Source of the DNA: Candidatus Poribacteria bacterium
GTDB lineage: Bacteria > Poribacteria > WGA-4E > PCPOR2b
DNA length: 64,000 nt
Direction: 5' to 3'
Assembly: GCA_965218095.1 (NCBI GenBank)
Contig: OZ244587.1
Span: 672,001 to 736,000 of the forward strand
Shown here: positions 60,192 through 64,000 of the stretch, one piece after another
Layout: every line of letters starts with the position of its first letter
How positions within the stretch are numbered: position 1 is the stretch's first letter
Notes under the pieces: model-generated
Database searches by the model: none
Seen by the model: only the letters and a program-made list of their open reading frames with translations
Told to the model about the DNA's origin: nothing
Translations under genes and position numbers: made by a program

Positions 60192-63100
60192 TTGAATAGC
60201 AATGATGAGAAAGGAATAAATGTGGCCCCAACCAATGATCAGATTAATAAGGATTCTATAGCCGCTGCGCCATCGGACGAGACTACCGACATCGAACACG
60301 CGCCTCCTTACGAAGGGGGGCAGAAGCGTGGCTTGAAGATCGATCGGCGGTATACCATGCCCGGCGTGCATCTATTTGATGAAATTGAGTGGGAACACCG
60401 GATCTCGGTGATCTATAATGAAAAAGGCGAAGTCATCTTCGAGCAAAAAGCGGTCGAGGTTCCGTCAAGCTGGTCCCAATTGGCAACAGACATTGCTGTG
60501 TCCAAATACTTCCGCAAAGCGGGCCTGCCTGAGACGGAGGGTGAAACAAGCGTCCGCCAACTCATTCGGCGCGTCGCGCATACCATCCGCCAAGCCGGCG
60601 AAGAGCTCGGGGGCTACTTCGCCACGCCAAGCGATGCCGATGCCATTGAAGCAGAATTGACGAATCTGCTGGTCACGCAACGCGGCGCATTTAATTCGCC
60701 TGTGTGGTTTAATTGTGGATTGTACCATCAGTACGGGATTAAAGGCGGTTCAGGGAACTGGTACTGGGATTTTGAACAAAACGGTGTAGTTCAGACGGAC
60801 AATAACTACAATCACCCGCAATGCAGTGCGTGCTTCATACAATCCGTCGAAGATGACCTGATGTCGATTTTTGAGTTAGTCAAAAATGAAGCGAGCGTCT
60901 TTAAGTACGGCTCAGGCACGGGAACGAATTTTTCCAAGATTCGGGGACGGCAGGAAAAACTTTCTGGGGGCGGTACCAGCAGTGGATTGATGTCTTTCCT
61001 TGAGGTTTTAGACCGCGGGGCTGGAGCCACGAAGAGCGGGGGCACCACCCGACGCGCGGCCAAAATGGTGTGTCTCGATATGGACCACCCGGAGATTGTC
61101 GATTTCATCAACTGGAAGATGAATGAGGAGAAGAAGGTTGCTGTACTGGTTGCTGCGGGTTATTCCTCCGATTTCAACGAGGAGGCGTACAAAACTGTCT
61201 CAGGGCAAAACTCAAATAACTCTGTCCGACTCACAGACGAATTTATGAACGCCTATCTGCGCGGCGACACATGGCATACGACGTTGCGTACCACCGGCGA
61301 AATCTGTGAAACGTTTGAAGTCGGAGATCTTATGCGGCAGATCTCACAGGCGGCCTGGGCGTGTGCAGATCCGGGCGTGCAGTTTGATACGACCATTAAT
61401 GACTGGCATACCTGCGCGAACACCGATCGGATTTATAGCAGTAACCCTTGCAGCGAGTACATGTTCCTAGAAAATACATCATGTAACCTTGCCTCTATCA
61501 ACCTTCTCAAATTCCTCGACGACGATGGAAACTTCGATGTCGAAGGGTTCAAGCACGCTTGCCGAATCTTCTTCATCAGTCAAGAAATCCTCGTGGATTT
61601 TTCATCTTATCCGACAAAGGCAATCGCTCAAAACAGCCACGATTATCGGCCACTTGGATTAGGGTATGCAAACCTGGGCACACTGCTGATGGTCAACGGT
61701 ATCCCCTACGATAGCGAAGAAGGGTATGCAATCTGCGGTGCAATCACAGCGATTCTGTGTGGTGAGGCGTACCGCACTTCAGCGGAGATGGCTGCGGTCA
61801 AGGGCCCCTTCCCCGGATTCGAGAAGAACCGTGAACCAATGCTGCATGTGATGAATAAGCACCGTGCTTCAGCTTACCGCATTAACTCCGATGCCTGCCC
61901 GCCTGACCTTTTGAAAGCCGCACAACAGACGTGGGATGACGCTGTTGAGATGGGAAAGAGGTATGGTTACCGCAATGCTCAAGCAACAGTGTTGGCTCCT
62001 ACCGGCACTATAGGGCTCCTCATGGAATGTGACACGACAGGCGTTGAACCCGAATTTGCGCTCGTGAAATTCAAGAAGCTGGCAGGCGGCGGGTACTTTA
62101 AGATTATCAATCAATCTGTCCCTCGTGCGCTGAAAAGACTCGGTTATACGGATGAAGAGATTGACGACATTGTAACGTATGTTCAAGGCACCTCATCGCT
62201 GATTGGTTCGCCGCATATTAACAATGTCTCACTCAAGCAGAAGGGCTTAACCGATGAAGAAATTGGTCAGATTGAAGCGACGTTACCTTCCGTCTTTGAG
62301 TTGGCTCATGCCTTTAACGCTTACACCATTGGCGAAGAAGGGATGGCACGTCTCGGATTTCGCCCGGAGGAGTACAACGCGCCGGATTTTGATCTCCTGA
62401 GTGAATTGGGCTTCATGGAGCAGCAAATCGAAGAAGCCAGCAACGTCATCGGTGGCATGATGACCATCGAAGGGGTGCCCCATCTGAAAGCCGAACATCT
62501 GTCAATTTTTGATTGTGCCAACAAGAGTGGGGAATATGGTCAGCGTTACATTGAGCCCATGGCACATGTTCGCATGGTCGCTGCGGCGCAGCCGTTCCTC
62601 AGTGGTTCGATCTCAAAGACCATTAATATGCCTCATGAAACAACGGTCGAAGAGGTGGAGAACCTTTATGTCGAGGCGTGGAAGCTCGGTTTGAAGGCAG
62701 TGGCAATCTATCGGGATGGCTCGAAGTTATCCCAACCCCTCAGCACCTCCAGGGCGGAAGCAGAGGAGGAGAAAGCGGAAGTTCGCCCCATCCGCCGTCA
62801 TTTGCCCGACGAGCGTCCCTCGATTACCCATAAATTTAGTATCGCTGGACATGAAGGCTATATCACAGTTGGACTGTATGAGGATGGGAGCCCCGGCGAG
62901 GTGTTTCTCAGGATGTCTAAAGAGGGCTCAACCATTTCTGGGTTGATGGACACCATCGCATTGATGACCTCGGTTTCGTTGCAATATGGTGTGCCGTTGG
63001 AATTTTTTGTCAACAAGTTCAGCCACGTTCGATTTGAGCCTTCGGGATTCACAACAAACAAGGATATTCCGATAGCGAAGTCGATCATCGACTATGTATT

Positions 63101-63392
63101 CCGCTGGCTTGGGCTGAAGTTTCTCCCCCAAAGCCAAGTTGTAGAGGAGGCTGACACAAGCCTCGTCGATCAACTTGTCCTACCGGAGCAACTCCACCCT
63201 TACGGGCATGAAGTGAATCCGGAAAATACCTCCCAAACATTGCTTTCAAGCGAACGGCTGGAAGCGCGTGAAAAACGAATTGTTGCGACTCAGTCTGATG
63301 CGCCTGCTTGTCATGAGTGTGGGACGATTATGGTGCGGAATGGTTCGTGTTATCGCTGCCTGAACTGCGGTGCGACGAGTGGGTGTTCGTAG
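60192..63392 (+). CDS. nrdJ: Vitamin B12-dependent ribonucleotide reductase (class II)
   Basis: FNSPVWFN, PQCSACFI, SNPCSEY, APTGTI, ISKTINMP, YRDGSK and a C-terminal TSCPD-type/Zn-ribbon region. Start position uncertain. Confidence 0.95.
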   Translation: MNSNDEKGINVAPTNDQINKDSIAAAPSDETTDIEHAPPYEGGQKRGLKIDRRYTMPGVHLFDEIEWEHRISVIYNEKGEVIFEQKAVEVPSSWSQLATDIAVSKYFRKAGLPETEGETSVRQLIRRVAHTIRQAGEELGGYFATPSDADAIEAELTNLLVTQRGAFNSPVWFNCGLYHQYGIKGGSGNWYWDFEQNGVVQTDNNYNHPQCSACFIQSVEDDLMSIFELVKNEASVFKYGSGTGTNFSKIRGRQEKLSGGGTSSGLMSFLEVLDRGAGATKSGGTTRRAAKMVCLDMDHPEIVDFINWKMNEEKKVAVLVAAGYSSDFNEEAYKTVSGQNSNNSVRLTDEFMNAYLRGDTWHTTLRTTGEICETFEVGDLMRQISQAAWACADPGVQFDTTINDWHTCANTDRIYSSNPCSEYMFLENTSCNLASINLLKFLDDDGNFDVEGFKHACRIFFISQEILVDFSSYPTKAIAQNSHDYRPLGLGYANLGTLLMVNGIPYDSEEGYAICGAITAILCGEAYRTSAEMAAVKGPFPGFEKNREPMLHVMNKHRASAYRINSDACPPDLLKAAQQTWDDAVEMGKRYGYRNAQATVLAPTGTIGLLMECDTTGVEPEFALVKFKKLAGGGYFKIINQSVPRALKRLGYTDEEIDDIVTYVQGTSSLIGSPHINNVSLKQKGLTDEEIGQIEATLPSVFELAHAFNAYTIGEEGMARLGFRPEEYNAPDFDLLSELGFMEQQIEEASNVIGGMMTIEGVPHLKAEHLSIFDCANKSGEYGQRYIEPMAHVRMVAAAQPFLSGSISKTINMPHETTVEEVENLYVEAWKLGLKAVAIYRDGSKLSQPLSTSRAEAEEEKAEVRPIRRHLPDERPSITHKFSIAGHEGYITVGLYEDGSPGEVFLRMSKEGSTISGLMDTIALMTSVSLQYGVPLEFFVNKFSHVRFEPSGFTTNKDIPIAKSIIDYVFRWLGLKFLPQSQVVEEADTSLVDQLVLPEQLHPYGHEVNPENTSQTLLSSERLEAREKRIVATQSDAPACHECGTIMVRNGSCYRCLNCGATSGCS

Positions 63393-63552
63393 GACTGAAA
63401 CGTGAGGCGTGAAACGTGAAGATGAAAACCGACACCTTTAGAGAAAAGCGTCGGGGCATCGACGCTTGGGTTAAGCGATGGAAGCCTTCAATCGACTGAG
63501 GCAGTCGCTGCCTGAAGCTCAGAATCCCCCAAATTTATTTATGGGGAGTATG

Positions 63553-64000
63553 TCAATTTTCTAGTCCCGCCGAAGGGGGAATCGGCCAGTGGCTGCCACG
63601 TTGCCCAGAAAGCCCACGATTTGGGGTCGGTTCGTAAACGGCGTCGGGCAGCCCTACGAGCTTGCCATGCTGTACCCATTCCCTGTCTTCGCCGTACAGT
63701 TCTCCGATGAGAATCTCTGTCAGCCGATCGCGAATCCCGGCGTGCGCCGGTGATGCAGAGAGATCCTTTAACTCGTCTGGGTCTTCGTGAAGATCGAAAA
63801 GTTGGAGGCAGTTTCCGACCGGGTAGTAGATCAGCTTGAAACGTCCGTCATGAATCATTCGGGTTGCGCGTCCGCTATCGCCGCATTCGCCATACAGCCA
63901 GCCACGCTTTCGGTCTCCGACCATTGAGATGCCCTCTACCGTGTCAGGAATCTCAACGCCGGCGAGCGCTAACAACGTGGGCATCACGTCCCGCCAGGCC
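63553..64000 (-). CDS. Sulfatase, C-terminal part (runs off the window)
   Basis: DVMPTLLALAG...EGIS...RMI.DGRFKLIYY...QLFDL.EDPDE. Confidence 0.85.
   Translation of the reverse strand, partial: AWRDVMPTLLALAGVEIPDTVEGISMVGDRKRGWLYGECGDSGRATRMIHDGRFKLIYYPVGNCLQLFDLHEDPDELKDLSASPAHAGIRDRLTEILIGELYGEDREWVQHGKLVGLPDAVYEPTPNRGLSGQRGSHWPIPPSAGLEN

Noticed and set aside
214-63173. Numerous short antisense and alternate-frame ORFs in the ORF track
   Set aside because: They overlap well-supported genes or ISs and show no motifs.
1-64000. CRISPR array, tRNA or rRNA genes
   Set aside because: I saw no regularly spaced repeats with unique spacers and no cloverleaf or rRNA signatures. A covariance search was not possible.

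Overview
A bacterial chromosomal window, probably from Poribacteria or a related lineage. That assignment is an inference from the protein families and the FlgD/T9SS-like C-terminal domains, and it was not tested. Housekeeping genes (amrS, miaB, purC, uppS, nrdR-nrdJ, a MATE transporter, a sigma70 factor) are interleaved with many mobile elements and recent pseudogenes. The mobile elements are two IS982, two IS630, one IS5, two copies of an unclassified 1109-bp DDE IS, an ORF-less group II intron and several REP/MITE-like palindromes. Two candidates stand out. (1) A compact seven-gene cassette at 2074-7832 encodes a DUF6884/YaaA-like protein, an unknown protein, a PIN nuclease, a second unknown protein, a P-loop ATPase, an atypical TGT (guanine transglycosylase) and an HhH glycosylase-like protein. 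It looks like a base-exchange/base-excision defence or modification system that does not match the Dpd, Qat or type IV CBASS gene sets as I know them. (2) A ~2-kb element at 47845-51834 is bounded by terminal inverted repeats and carries two tandem DUF1670-like genes but no recognisable DDE transposase. Its right end holds a near-consensus promoter followed by a structured ~125-nt non-coding segment that is partly complementary to the left end. The element is hidden beneath two nested IS insertions. All domain calls come from reading motifs by eye, and no searches were run.
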